Below are positions 43,276 to 52,189 of a DNA stretch of 64,000 nucleotides, in pieces; the stretch's first letter is position 1; each line of letters opens with the position of its first letter. Origin of the DNA: an uncultured Pseudomonadota bacterium (GTDB lineage: Bacteria > Pseudomonadota > Gammaproteobacteria > Steroidobacterales > Steroidobacteraceae); NCBI GenBank assembly GCA_903938365.1, contig CAJACZ010000063.1:8712-72711 (forward strand), read 5' to 3'. The position numbers and the translations under genes are program-made. The notes beneath the pieces are model-generated. The model ran no database searches and had not been told where the DNA came from. It worked only from the letters and a program-made list of their open reading frames with translations.

Positions 43276-43347
43276 CGACACGGGTTGCTCAGCGATCTCA
43301 TTGTCTCTTTTTCGCAACGTCGCGGGATTCCACATCCCGGAGGAAAC

Positions 43348-45903
43348 ATGTCAGCCAAATCGATTTCACTGACACTGGGCACTGCCCTGGTGACTGTCCT
43401 GAGTGCCGCGCCGGCATTCAGCCAGACGGACGGGCCGGCGCTGGTCCTCGAAGAAATCACGGTTACCGCGCGAAAGACCGAAGAGCGCCTGCTTGATGCA
43501 CCGCTCTCGATCACCGCGTTCTCCGCAGCCGACATCGAGAAGAAGGGCTTCACCACGCTCGAGGATGTCGCGCGCAGCGCGCCGGGCGTGCAGTACTCGC
43601 AGCAGGGCGGGCAGATCCCCGGCCGCTTCACTTCGGCGATCCGGTTCCGCGGCATGAACGTCAACTCGGACAGCCCCTCGCTGCAGCTGGGCTCGCTGTT
43701 CGTGGACGGTGTCTTCGTGCTCGGCGGCACGCAGTCCATTCCCTACGATGACGTCGAACGCATCGAGGTCATCAAGGGTCCGCAGTCGGCGACCTACGGT
43801 CGCAGCACCTTCGGCGGCGCCATCAACTACATCACGCGCACGCCCTCGCTGACCGAGCACTCCGGACGGCTCAACGTCTCGGCGGCCAACTACGGCGAGA
43901 GCGACGTCTCGGCCAGCTTTGAAGGCCCGATCGTTTCCGAGAAGCTGTCGTTCCGCATCGGCGGCCGCTACTACAGCCGCGGTTCCGTGTTCACCGCCAC
44001 CGACGGTGGCGGCCTGGGCGAGGAAAGCAGCAAGTCGATCGCGCTGACCCTCAACTTCCAGCCCAGCGACGCGCTGAACATCAAGGTTCGCGGCTTCCAC
44101 GCGCAGGACGAGGACGGCCCCTCCATGGGCGGCCTCGTGCAGGGCTGGCGCAACGATACCTGCACGGGCAAGACCATCAGCACGCAGGATCCGATGTTCC
44201 CGGTCGCCTCGCCGATGAACTACATCTGCGGCGCGGTTCCCGAACTGGGCCAGGCCATCTCGGCCACCAACGGCCGCAACATCATCGACACCGTCACGAC
44301 GCTGTTCCCGCAGCGCGCGGCGCTCAACGGCACCCCGAACTTCATCTACGACAACCTCGTGGCGCGTCCCATCGACCCGCGCATCGACGTGCCGACCATC
44401 GACCACATGGGACTGATCCGCACGGTCACGCGCTTCTCGCTGACCGGCACCTACGAGTTCGCCGGTGGTTACGAGGCCACGTTCCAGGCGGGCAAGAACG
44501 AGCTCAAGGCCAACTGGATCCGCGCTTTCGGCCTCACGCCGCTCAGCTACTGGGTGTCGCGCGATCCGATTGATTCGGAAGACGAGAGCTACGAGTTCCG
44601 CGTCACCTCGCCCCAGGACAACAAGCTGACCTGGCTGGCGGGTGTCAATTATTACGAGCAGACCTTCCTGCAGTCCGGTTCGGGCGGCGATACCGCCTGG
44701 CTCTGCCTCGGTACCGCGGCCATGGCCGTGGGGGGTCCGTGCTCGGGCGTGAACTTCTTCACGCCCAACAGCCTGGCCCAGAACACCGACAAGGTGACCA
44801 CGCAGGGCGTCTTCGCGTCGGTGAACTACGAGTTCACGGACACGATCTCGGCCAGCCTCGAGGGCCGCTACCAGAAGGACGAGACGCTGCGCGCGATCTT
44901 CACTCCGACGCCGGGCCGGATCGAGGACACCAGCTTCCTGCCGCGCGCGATCCTGCGCTGGCAGCCCTCGCCCGCCACCAACATCTACGCGAGCTACGCC
45001 AAGGGTCTCCTGCCGGGCGTGATCAACGCCGAGGTGTCCCAGGCGACGACGCGTGAAAAGGCCCAGTACTTGGCGCAGTTCGGCGGCGTCGAGGGAGTCA
45101 TCCCCGGCGACGAACTCGACATGTACGAACTCGGCTGGAAGCAGCAGTGGATGGATCGCCGTGCGCAGACGAACCTGTCGGCCTATTACGGCAAGTGGGA
45201 GAACCAGAAGGGTCGCTCGCTGTTCGTGATCCAGGAAGACTGCGGCAGCTTCGCGCACGGTGGCATCACCGGCGCGAACGCGGCCAACGGTTGCGCCAAC
45301 GGCCCGAACGGCCAGCCGGCGGTGTTCGCCAACGGGGCCGCCTTCACCAATACCCGCAACGCCAACGTCCCGGGCAACTCCACGCTGTGGGGCCTCGAGG
45401 CCGAAGGTTCGATCCTGGTCACCGAGCGCTGGGACCTGCGCGCCACGCTCACCTGGGCGAAGTCCGAGTACGACGACTTCATCTTCAACTTCGTGCAGCC
45501 GATCGCGGGCTTCACTCAGATGAAGGGCAACCAGAACGCGCGCTTCCCGGAATGGTCAGGCAGCATCTCGAGCGGCTACGCCGCGCCGCTCAAGGATACG
45601 GAGTGGAGCTGGTTCGTGAACGCCGACCTCAACTACGTGGGCAAGACCTTCGTCGACGAGAGCAACCTGGCGTACTGCAAGGACTACATGCTGGGCAACC
45701 TGCGCGTCGGCGGCGAAAAGGACGGACTGCGCATCGAGGGCTTCGTCAAGAACGTGTTCGATGACAACAGCTGGGCGGCCTGCGCCCGCTGGACCGACTT
45801 TGATTCGGCCCCGAGCCTGGGCCAGCTGACGACCTACCAGGGCGTGGCGGTGACCCCGAACATGCCGCGCCAGTACGGCGTCCGGGCCAGCATCAAGTTC
45901 TGA
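43348..45903 (+). CDS. TonB-dependent outer-membrane receptor
   Basis: GGAGGA lies upstream of ATG 43348. Signal peptide (LVTVLSAAPAFSQ), plug region (LEEITVTARKTEERLLDAPLSITAFSAADI), terminal ..ASIKF. Confidence 0.9.
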   Translation: MSAKSISLTLGTALVTVLSAAPAFSQTDGPALVLEEITVTARKTEERLLDAPLSITAFSAADIEKKGFTTLEDVARSAPGVQYSQQGGQIPGRFTSAIRFRGMNVNSDSPSLQLGSLFVDGVFVLGGTQSIPYDDVERIEVIKGPQSATYGRSTFGGAINYITRTPSLTEHSGRLNVSAANYGESDVSASFEGPIVSEKLSFRIGGRYYSRGSVFTATDGGGLGEESSKSIALTLNFQPSDALNIKVRGFHAQDEDGPSMGGLVQGWRNDTCTGKTISTQDPMFPVASPMNYICGAVPELGQAISATNGRNIIDTVTTLFPQRAALNGTPNFIYDNLVARPIDPRIDVPTIDHMGLIRTVTRFSLTGTYEFAGGYEATFQAGKNELKANWIRAFGLTPLSYWVSRDPIDSEDESYEFRVTSPQDNKLTWLAGVNYYEQTFLQSGSGGDTAWLCLGTAAMAVGGPCSGVNFFTPNSLAQNTDKVTTQGVFASVNYEFTDTISASLEGRYQKDETLRAIFTPTPGRIEDTSFLPRAILRWQPSPATNIYASYAKGLLPGVINAEVSQATTREKAQYLAQFGGVEGVIPGDELDMYELGWKQQWMDRRAQTNLSAYYGKWENQKGRSLFVIQEDCGSFAHGGITGANAANGCANGPNGQPAVFANGAAFTNTRNANVPGNSTLWGLEAEGSILVTERWDLRATLTWAKSEYDDFIFNFVQPIAGFTQMKGNQNARFPEWSGSISSGYAAPLKDTEWSWFVNADLNYVGKTFVDESNLAYCKDYMLGNLRVGGEKDGLRIEGFVKNVFDDNSWAACARWTDFDSAPSLGQLTTYQGVAVTPNMPRQYGVRASIKF

Positions 45904-45936
45904 TGCGGTCAGGCGCCTGAGAAGGCGTTGAATGCA

Positions 45937-45970
45937 GGGCCGCGGCGGCGACGTCGCGGCCCTTTTTTTT
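45937..45970 (+). terminator. rho-independent terminator
   Basis: GGGCCGCG (45937-45944) pairs with CGCGGCCC (45955-45962), followed by T8 (45963-45970). It lies 34 nt after the receptor stop. Confidence 0.8.
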
Positions 45971-46011
45971 GCCGAGCGTGCGCATGGGGCGCGCGTCCGA
46001 GGAACTGACGC

Positions 46012-46647
46012 ATGAAACTGCTTTACACCCCGATCAAGGGTTACGTGCACACCGTCGAAGCGGTGATCAACTACGCCGGCCTGCGGGACCGCATCGAGCC
46101 GGTCGAGACGAAACCCTTCGACCCGGACACGCCGCTGAGCGCGGTCAATCCGCTGGGCAAGGTGCCGACGCTGCAGCTCGACTCGGGTGAGTACCTGGCC
46201 GGCGGCCCGGTGATCTACGAGTACCTGGATTCGCTGCATCGCCGGCGCCGGCTGTACCCCGCCAAGGGGCCGCAACGCTGGACCACGCTGCGTCAGGCCT
46301 GGATGGCCGACGGCCTGTTCGATACCTTCGTGCAGCTGATCGTGGAATCCTGGCTGCCCGCCGACCAGCAGCGTGCGCCTTATGTGCAGAGGTGCTGGGG
46401 CAAGATCGTCGGCATCCTCGACCAGATCGAGCAGGATGTGCCCGGCTACGCCCGACTCGACATCGGGCAGATGCGCACCGTGGGGGCGCTGCAGTTCGTT
46501 CGCCTCAAGATGCGCCAGGTCGGGGCGGCCGCGGTCGGCCTCGATCCGGCGTTCGACCCGCTTGCCGGTCGGCCGCAGCTGGCCGCCTGGTATCTGCCCA
46601 TGGCCCGCAGGAAGATCTTCCGCGAGCCACTGATCCGCAAGGAGTAA
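46012..46647 (+). CDS. glutathione S-transferase family protein
   Basis: Thioredoxin-like N-terminal domain (NPLGKVPTLQLDSGEYLAGGPVIYEYL) plus a helical C-terminal domain. Confidence 0.78.
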   Translation: MKLLYTPIKGYVHTVEAVINYAGLRDRIEPVETKPFDPDTPLSAVNPLGKVPTLQLDSGEYLAGGPVIYEYLDSLHRRRRLYPAKGPQRWTTLRQAWMADGLFDTFVQLIVESWLPADQQRAPYVQRCWGKIVGILDQIEQDVPGYARLDIGQMRTVGALQFVRLKMRQVGAAAVGLDPAFDPLAGRPQLAAWYLPMARRKIFREPLIRKE

Positions 46648-46652
46648 CCGAG

Positions 46653-47408
46653 ATGCCCATTCCCCACCGCCGCGTCCGCGGCAAACTGCATTACACCAGC
46701 GACAAGGCTGGCCAGGTCGGCGTCGAGCGCGGCCGCGAGGATTTCAACATCACGGTGCACGGCGACGGCCGGCGCACGGTGCGCGCCTATACCGAGATCG
46801 ACGACGCGCCCAACGTCATGCGCGACGTCACGCTGAGCCTGGACGCGAACTGGAAGCCCGAGGACTGCTTCGTGCGGCTCTCGGTCGGCGACCGTTTCGT
46901 GGGTTCCAGCTGGTTCCGCTTCACGGAGCACGAGGCCGAGTGCGAGGGCTTCACCGTGGCGGAGGGCCGGATCTCGCAGCGCTTCCCGTTAAAGGGTCGT
47001 CTCGCGGCCTTCGGGACGCATCCCATCCAGGCCGATGCCTGGCTGACGAACATCTTCGATGCGGACCGTGGGCCGGGCCATGCCGTCTTCACCAGCCTTT
47101 TGATGTGTTCGCTCGACCACCGCGGCGCGACCGGCCCGATGATCATGGCCCACCCGACGGGGGTGCCCCTGACCTTCGTGGGACGCGAACGGATCACCGT
47201 GGCGGCAGGCACCTTCGATACGCTGCACTACCGGATCGTCGAGACCGACGGCAGCGCCGAGACCCGCAACGAGCCGGGCCGGCATCCGCCCTACGACATC
47301 TGGTGCAGCGACGACGAATATCGCGTCTGCGTGCTCGCCTATGTCACGGGCTACATGCAGACCCGCTACGAGCTTACCGAATACGAGTGCTTCGAGCCGC
47401 AGCCGTGA
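46653..47408 (+). CDS. hypothetical protein (251 aa, no signal peptide seen)
   Basis: ATG 46653 lies 5 nt after the GST stop, with GGAG upstream. The stop overlaps the next gene's start (GTGA). No motif was recognised. Confidence 0.6.
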   Translation: MPIPHRRVRGKLHYTSDKAGQVGVERGREDFNITVHGDGRRTVRAYTEIDDAPNVMRDVTLSLDANWKPEDCFVRLSVGDRFVGSSWFRFTEHEAECEGFTVAEGRISQRFPLKGRLAAFGTHPIQADAWLTNIFDADRGPGHAVFTSLLMCSLDHRGATGPMIMAHPTGVPLTFVGRERITVAAGTFDTLHYRIVETDGSAETRNEPGRHPPYDIWCSDDEYRVCVLAYVTGYMQTRYELTEYECFEPQP

Positions 47409-48991
47409 CGCGCGGCCTGGCGTGGTGGCTGGCGGCGTGGGCGTGCCTGGTCGGGTGCCTGCCCCCGGCGCTGGCCGAGACCGCCATCCGCCGTTCCAGC
47501 ACCGGTGAACCGCAGACGCTGGACCCGCAGCGCTGGACCTACGGGCAGGACGGCAACCTCGCGCAGGACCTGTTCCAGGGCCTCACGACGCTGGACTCCG
47601 CGGCGCGCCCCGTGCCCGGGCAGGCCGAGTCCTGGACGATCTCGCCGGATGGCCGCACCTATACCTTCCGGCTGCGCAGCGCCCTGCAATGGTCCGACGG
47701 CCGGCCCATCGACAGCGCGGACTTCGTCTGGTCGCTGCGCCGTCTCTTCGATCCGGGTACGGCTGCTCCAGCGGCCTCGCTGCTCTACGTCATCCGCAAC
47801 GCCAAGGACGTCAATGCGGGTCGCAAGCCCGTGGCGCAACTTGGCGTCAGGGCCGATGGCCCGCGCACGCTGGTGATCGAACTCGAGCATCCGGCGCCGT
47901 ACCTGCTCGATCTGCTCGTGCATCGGGCCTTCCCGGTACCCCGGCATGTGCTCGAGAAGTGGGGCAACGAGTGGACCCGGGCGGAGCATATCGTGTCGAA
48001 CGGTGCCTTCGTGCTCGGGGAGTGGCGGCCGGGGAGCCACGTGAAGCTGCTGCGCAACCCACGCTTCCATGCGGCGGGGTCGGTCGCTCTGGATGCTGTG
48101 TACCACGTGCCCGTGGAGGACCCCAAGTCCGCGCTGCTGCGCTACCGGACGGGCGAGCTCGATGTCGCCGTGTCGATTCCTTCGGAGCAGATCGAAACAC
48201 TGAGGCGTGAACTCGGGGGGCAGTTGCGGCTCGTGCAGGCGATGGGGGTCGAGTACCTCGCATTCAACCTGCGCCGGCCCGCGCTCGCCGATCCGCGCCT
48301 CCGCCGAGCGCTCTCCATGGCGATCGACCGGGAACTGCTCTCGCAGCGCATCCTGCGCGCGGGCGAGCCGCCGGCGTACTGCATGGTGCCTCCGGGGGTA
48401 CCCGATTACCCGCGCTCAGGCTGCGCGGATTTCGGCGCCTGGCCCGCGAGCCGGCGCATGGCCGAAGCCCGGCGGCTGCTGGCGGAACTGGGCGTGGGCC
48501 CGCAACGCCCGTTGCAGCTGCGGTTCCGCGTCAACAACGCCGATCTGCCGCGGCGCGTGGCGCTGGCCGTGGCGGCCATGTGGCAGCCCCTGGGCGTTCG
48601 GGTCGAGGTGGTGTCGGCGGACCTGAAGGCCCACCAGCAGGCCCTGCAGCAGGGCGACTTCGACGTCGCGCGCGGCGCGTGGATCGCCGAGGACCGGGAC
48701 GCCCTGTCGTTCCTGCGCCTGCTGGACGGAAGGGCAGGGGCGCTGAACCTCACGGGTTACCGAAGTCGCGCCTTTGACGCGCTGCTCGACGAGTCCGACG
48801 GGCTGACCGACCCGGGGGCGCGCGTGCGGCGGCTCGCGGCGGCGGAGTCGCTGGCGATGCAGGAGCAACCTCTGGCTCCCCTGTATTTCTATGTCAGCCG
48901 GCGCCTGGTTTCGCCGCGCGTCGCGGGTTGGGTGGACAACCCCCGCGGCGTCCACCTCAGCCGCTATCTGTCGGTGGTGGCCACGCCCTGA
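47405..48991 (+). CDS. ABC transporter substrate-binding protein, family 5, orphan (paralog of 929..2560)
   Basis: GTG 47405. Signal-like WWLAAWACLVGCLPPALA. Blocks GEPQTLDPQ and QWSDGRPIDSADFVWSLRRL. Confidence 0.85.
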   Translation: MTRGLAWWLAAWACLVGCLPPALAETAIRRSSTGEPQTLDPQRWTYGQDGNLAQDLFQGLTTLDSAARPVPGQAESWTISPDGRTYTFRLRSALQWSDGRPIDSADFVWSLRRLFDPGTAAPAASLLYVIRNAKDVNAGRKPVAQLGVRADGPRTLVIELEHPAPYLLDLLVHRAFPVPRHVLEKWGNEWTRAEHIVSNGAFVLGEWRPGSHVKLLRNPRFHAAGSVALDAVYHVPVEDPKSALLRYRTGELDVAVSIPSEQIETLRRELGGQLRLVQAMGVEYLAFNLRRPALADPRLRRALSMAIDRELLSQRILRAGEPPAYCMVPPGVPDYPRSGCADFGAWPASRRMAEARRLLAELGVGPQRPLQLRFRVNNADLPRRVALAVAAMWQPLGVRVEVVSADLKAHQQALQQGDFDVARGAWIAEDRDALSFLRLLDGRAGALNLTGYRSRAFDALLDESDGLTDPGARVRRLAAAESLAMQEQPLAPLYFYVSRRLVSPRVAGWVDNPRGVHLSRYLSVVATP

Positions 48992-49890
48992 GGAGCCGGT
49001 GCGACGGCCTCGACGAGCTCGATCCATTCGCCCGCGGCGCCCTGCAGGAGACCGGCGCGGCGCCCGTCGTAGGGGGCCTCTGTCCTGATCGCAGGGGGGG
49101 TGATCCAGGGCAGTTGGCGCCCCTCGAAGCTGGCCACCTCGAAGCTGACCATCGAGATGCCCGGCGGCAGGTCGCCCTCGCGGCGCGGGCGCGGCGTGGC
49201 CGCTGCGGGGTATTCGTCGAGTTCCAGGATGGAACTGTCTGAGACCCGCACGATGCCGAGGCGGGTCTGGGTGTCCGCGGGCAGGCCGTAGGCCTGCTGC
49301 AGGACATCCACCGTCGAGTTGAACGGCGGCGTGACCGACATGCCCAGGGTGTCGCGGTAGAACGCCTGCATCGACTCCATCACGGGCCCGCCCAGCACCA
49401 CGATGAAGGTGCGATCCACGAAAGACTGGGCAGGGGTCTTGATGAACACGCCGCCGGCCGGCGGGATCCGCGTGAAGTAGTTCAGCTCGCCCGCAGGGCC
49501 GATCGCCTGCATGGCCCTGACGGTGGGGCTGCTCTCCAGCGCGCGCGGCGGGCCGATCACGCGGAACGGGGCGCCCGTGGCGAACTGCGCGGCGAGTGCA
49601 TCGGGGTCCTGGACCAGGATCTCGTTGGCGTTCCAGCCATGGGTGCGCATGGCTGCGTAGCCGGGCGTCGGGGGCGACTCGACGAGCCGCAGGTAGGTCC
49701 GCCAGCCGCTCGCCGGCTGCATCAGCACATACCGACGTCCGCTCGTGGCGGGGGAATTCCAGGCTGTTGCGAGCTCAGGCGGGATCGTGCCGCGGGCAAC
49801 GACCTGGTATCCGAGCCAACGCTCGTAGGCCTGCAGCGCGGCATCGAGATCGGGCACGGCGAGTGTCACGGCGAGGATCGCGGTCAGCAT
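48964..49890 (-). CDS. two-domain VOC/glyoxalase-like protein
   Basis: 308 aa. The N-terminal pattern LAVPDLDAALQAYERWLGY recurs in the second half (MESMQAFYRDTLGM). The 3' end overlaps the convergent SBP gene by 28 nt. Confidence 0.55.
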   Translation of the reverse strand: MLTAILAVTLAVPDLDAALQAYERWLGYQVVARGTIPPELATAWNSPATSGRRYVLMQPASGWRTYLRLVESPPTPGYAAMRTHGWNANEILVQDPDALAAQFATGAPFRVIGPPRALESSPTVRAMQAIGPAGELNYFTRIPPAGGVFIKTPAQSFVDRTFIVVLGGPVMESMQAFYRDTLGMSVTPPFNSTVDVLQQAYGLPADTQTRLGIVRVSDSSILELDEYPAAATPRPRREGDLPPGISMVSFEVASFEGRQLPWITPPAIRTEAPYDGRRAGLLQGAAGEWIELVEAVAPAPQGVATTDR

Positions 49891-49980
49891 GTTTATCGGC
49901 TCCGGGGGGCAGGGCGGTGCTGTGGTATTTTCGGAACATCTTAGCGGCGCCAGCGCGTCGCGTCAGTCGCGGAGACCACT

Positions 49981-50700
49981 TTGATCGACCTCTATTACTG
50001 GCCCACGCCCAATGGGCACAAGATTCCCATCATGCTCGAGGAGTGCGGCCTCGAATACCGCGTGAAGCCGGTGAACATGCTCGAGGGAGAGCAGTTCAAG
50101 CCGGCGTTCCTGAAGGTCAACCCGAACAACAAGATCCCGGCGATCGTCGATCGCAAGGGGCCGGGCGGGCGTCCGTTCGCGCTGTTCGAATCCGGCGCGA
50201 TACTGCAGTACCTCGCCGAGAAGAGCGGCAAGCTGATGCCCCGGGACACGCGGCGGCGCTACACCGTGATCCAGTGGCTGACTTTCCAGGTGGCCAACGT
50301 CGGCCCGATGTTCGGCCAGTGCGGGCATTTCCTGGGCTATGCGCCGCGCAAGATCCCCTATGCGATCGAGCGCTACCGGAACGAGACACTGCGCCTGTAC
50401 GGGGTCATGGACCGCCAGCTCGGGCGCGAGGAATACCTGGCCGGCAAGTACTCGATCGCCGACATCGCCACCTGGCCCTGGATGCGGGTGCGCTGGCTGC
50501 ACAAGGTGGACCTCGACGAGTTCCCGAACGTGAAGCGCTGGTACGAAGCCATCGGGGCGCGGCCGGCCGTGCAGCGCGGCGTGGCGCTGCTCGAGGACCG
50601 CATGAAGATCGGCAATCCCGACGAGAAGGCCCGCGAGGCGCTGTTTGGCCAGAGCCAGCTGACCCAGGGCAGGCCCGCGCGCCGGAGCAAGGCCCGCTGA
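49981..50700 (+). CDS. Nu-class glutathione S-transferase (YfcG-like disulfide reductase type)
   Basis: TTG start. MIDLYYWPTPNGHKIPIMLEE...KVNPNNKIPAIVD...FESGAILQYLAEK closely mirrors the E. coli YfcG N-terminus as I recall it. Confidence 0.87.
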   Translation: MIDLYYWPTPNGHKIPIMLEECGLEYRVKPVNMLEGEQFKPAFLKVNPNNKIPAIVDRKGPGGRPFALFESGAILQYLAEKSGKLMPRDTRRRYTVIQWLTFQVANVGPMFGQCGHFLGYAPRKIPYAIERYRNETLRLYGVMDRQLGREEYLAGKYSIADIATWPWMRVRWLHKVDLDEFPNVKRWYEAIGARPAVQRGVALLEDRMKIGNPDEKAREALFGQSQLTQGRPARRSKAR

Positions 50701-50828
50701 AAGATCGCAGGGTGGTCACCGAGTTGCGGACTTCCCGGGGCACTGCCCCGGAGGCTCCGCCTCGTGGATAATGAGCAAGGTCATCGTGATGCCGGGCTGG
50801 AACAGGGTCTGGCAGGAGAGAAACCGCA

Positions 50829-51083
50829 ATGAAGTCCATCGAGCACAAACGCAGCCGCGAAGTGGAAGCCTGGATCCGCAACGAACTGGCGGAACAGAAG
50901 AAGCGCTACGCCACCATCGTGGCCGAGCAGGAAGCCCTCAGCCCTAAGCGTGACAAGTGGATCGCCGAGTTCCTCGAGCGCATCCAGACGCGGGGCACCC
51001 ACGTCCACTTCGACCAGATGCGCAAGGTCCGCCCGGAAGAAATCCCGGTCAAGCCGAAGCGCAAGTTCAAGGTCGTATTCTGA
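50829..51083 (+). CDS. small Lys/Arg/Glu-rich hypothetical protein (84 aa)
   Basis: ATG with GGAGAG upstream. It lies 14 nt upstream of the cupin gene. No motif was recognised. Confidence 0.5.
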   Translation: MKSIEHKRSREVEAWIRNELAEQKKRYATIVAEQEALSPKRDKWIAEFLERIQTRGTHVHFDQMRKVRPEEIPVKPKRKFKVVF

Positions 51084-51097
51084 GGAGGGTTTGACAC

Positions 51098-52051
51098 ATG
51101 GCACGTCCACACATCGAACCGTTCGTCGACCGCGACGTCGCGTTCAAGAAGATGACCCTTCCGGGCTTCCCGAAGGGCATGCAGTACAAGATGCTGTCGA
51201 TGGATACCGACGACGGTTCCTGCACCATGACGGTGCTGTTCGAGCCGGGGTACAAGCAGCCGCCGGGCATGAGCTACACCGAGTACGAACTGTTCATCCA
51301 GTCCGGCTCCATCAAGATCGGTGACAAGGTCTGGGGGCCCGGAAGCTATGTCTTCGTGCCCGCAGGCGTCGCCCTCGAGGAACTCACCTCGCCGCGGGGC
51401 GCCACCGGCCTGATCTTCTACAACCACGGCGAGCCTTCGTTCGTCGAGTCCGACAGCGATCATGCGCAGGCCGAGCGGAGCCGTTTCGCGGCCGTGAATT
51501 CCTACGACAACCTGCAGTGGACCTCGACCAATTTCTTCCCGGCCACGGCGCCGGGCTGCATGGTCAAGATCCTCAAGTTCGACCCGCGCACGCAGGGCTT
51601 CACGTTCCTGTACTGCATGACGCCGAACTTCTGGCAGGACAACATCTCGTATCACGACTGCTGCGAAGAGGCGTACCACATCTGGGGCACCTCCTGGATG
51701 ATGCAGTTCGGCGACCTGCCGACCGGTGGCTATTTCTGGCGCCCGCCGTACATCAACCACGGCGCTTTCGCCTCCAAGCTCGGCATCCTCGCGATCGGCC
51801 GCACGGACACCCAGCTGTACAACCACTTCCACTTCAACCCGTGGACCAACGTCGAGGAAAACCAGGAGCGCGCGGCGAGCCGCCTGCTCCACCGGAACCC
51901 CGAGATGTACAAGTGGGTCAACACCCACGGCCACAACCATCCGATCGACTTCGACTTCGACCATGGCCACGCGCAGGGCGACCGCGCGCACCATCATGGC
52001 AATGGTCAGGTCGAGCACGTGCACAAGAAGAAGCGCCGGAAGAAGGTCTGA
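51098..52051 (+). CDS. cupin-fold protein (probable bicupin) with His-rich, poly-basic C-terminus
   Basis: 317 aa. Cupin-like strands (TEYELFIQSGSIKIGDKVWGPGSYVFVPAG). The last 43 residues contain 10 His and end KKKRRKKV. Confidence 0.68.
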   Translation: MARPHIEPFVDRDVAFKKMTLPGFPKGMQYKMLSMDTDDGSCTMTVLFEPGYKQPPGMSYTEYELFIQSGSIKIGDKVWGPGSYVFVPAGVALEELTSPRGATGLIFYNHGEPSFVESDSDHAQAERSRFAAVNSYDNLQWTSTNFFPATAPGCMVKILKFDPRTQGFTFLYCMTPNFWQDNISYHDCCEEAYHIWGTSWMMQFGDLPTGGYFWRPPYINHGAFASKLGILAIGRTDTQLYNHFHFNPWTNVEENQERAASRLLHRNPEMYKWVNTHGHNHPIDFDFDHGHAQGDRAHHHGNGQVEHVHKKKRRKKV

Positions 52052-52097
52052 GCCCGGGATTCCCGGCTTCCAGGGGCCTGGGGTGTTCCACGGAGAA

Positions 52098-52120
52098 GGG
52101 TCGCGAGAGCGGCCCTTTTT
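52098..52120 (+). terminator. rho-independent terminator
   Basis: GGGTCGC-GAGA-GCGGCCC (one G:U pair) followed by TTTTT, 47 nt after stop 52051. Confidence 0.55.
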
Positions 52121-52189
52121 CGTTGTGGTGGGTCCTGACAGCGCGGGCGAGGCGATGCCGCGACGCTGGCCCGGGGAGCAGCGTCGGGT

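Noticed and set aside
49094-49100. G7 run inside the VOC-like gene
   Set aside because: It is short and in frame (it encodes Pro-Pro on the minus strand), which is ordinary for this GC content. I did not treat it as a phase-variation tract.
50829-51083. Toxin-antitoxin interpretation of small ORFs (this one and 42950..43249)
   Set aside because: There is no paired small partner gene, no recognisable toxin or antitoxin fold, and both are embedded in metabolic operons.
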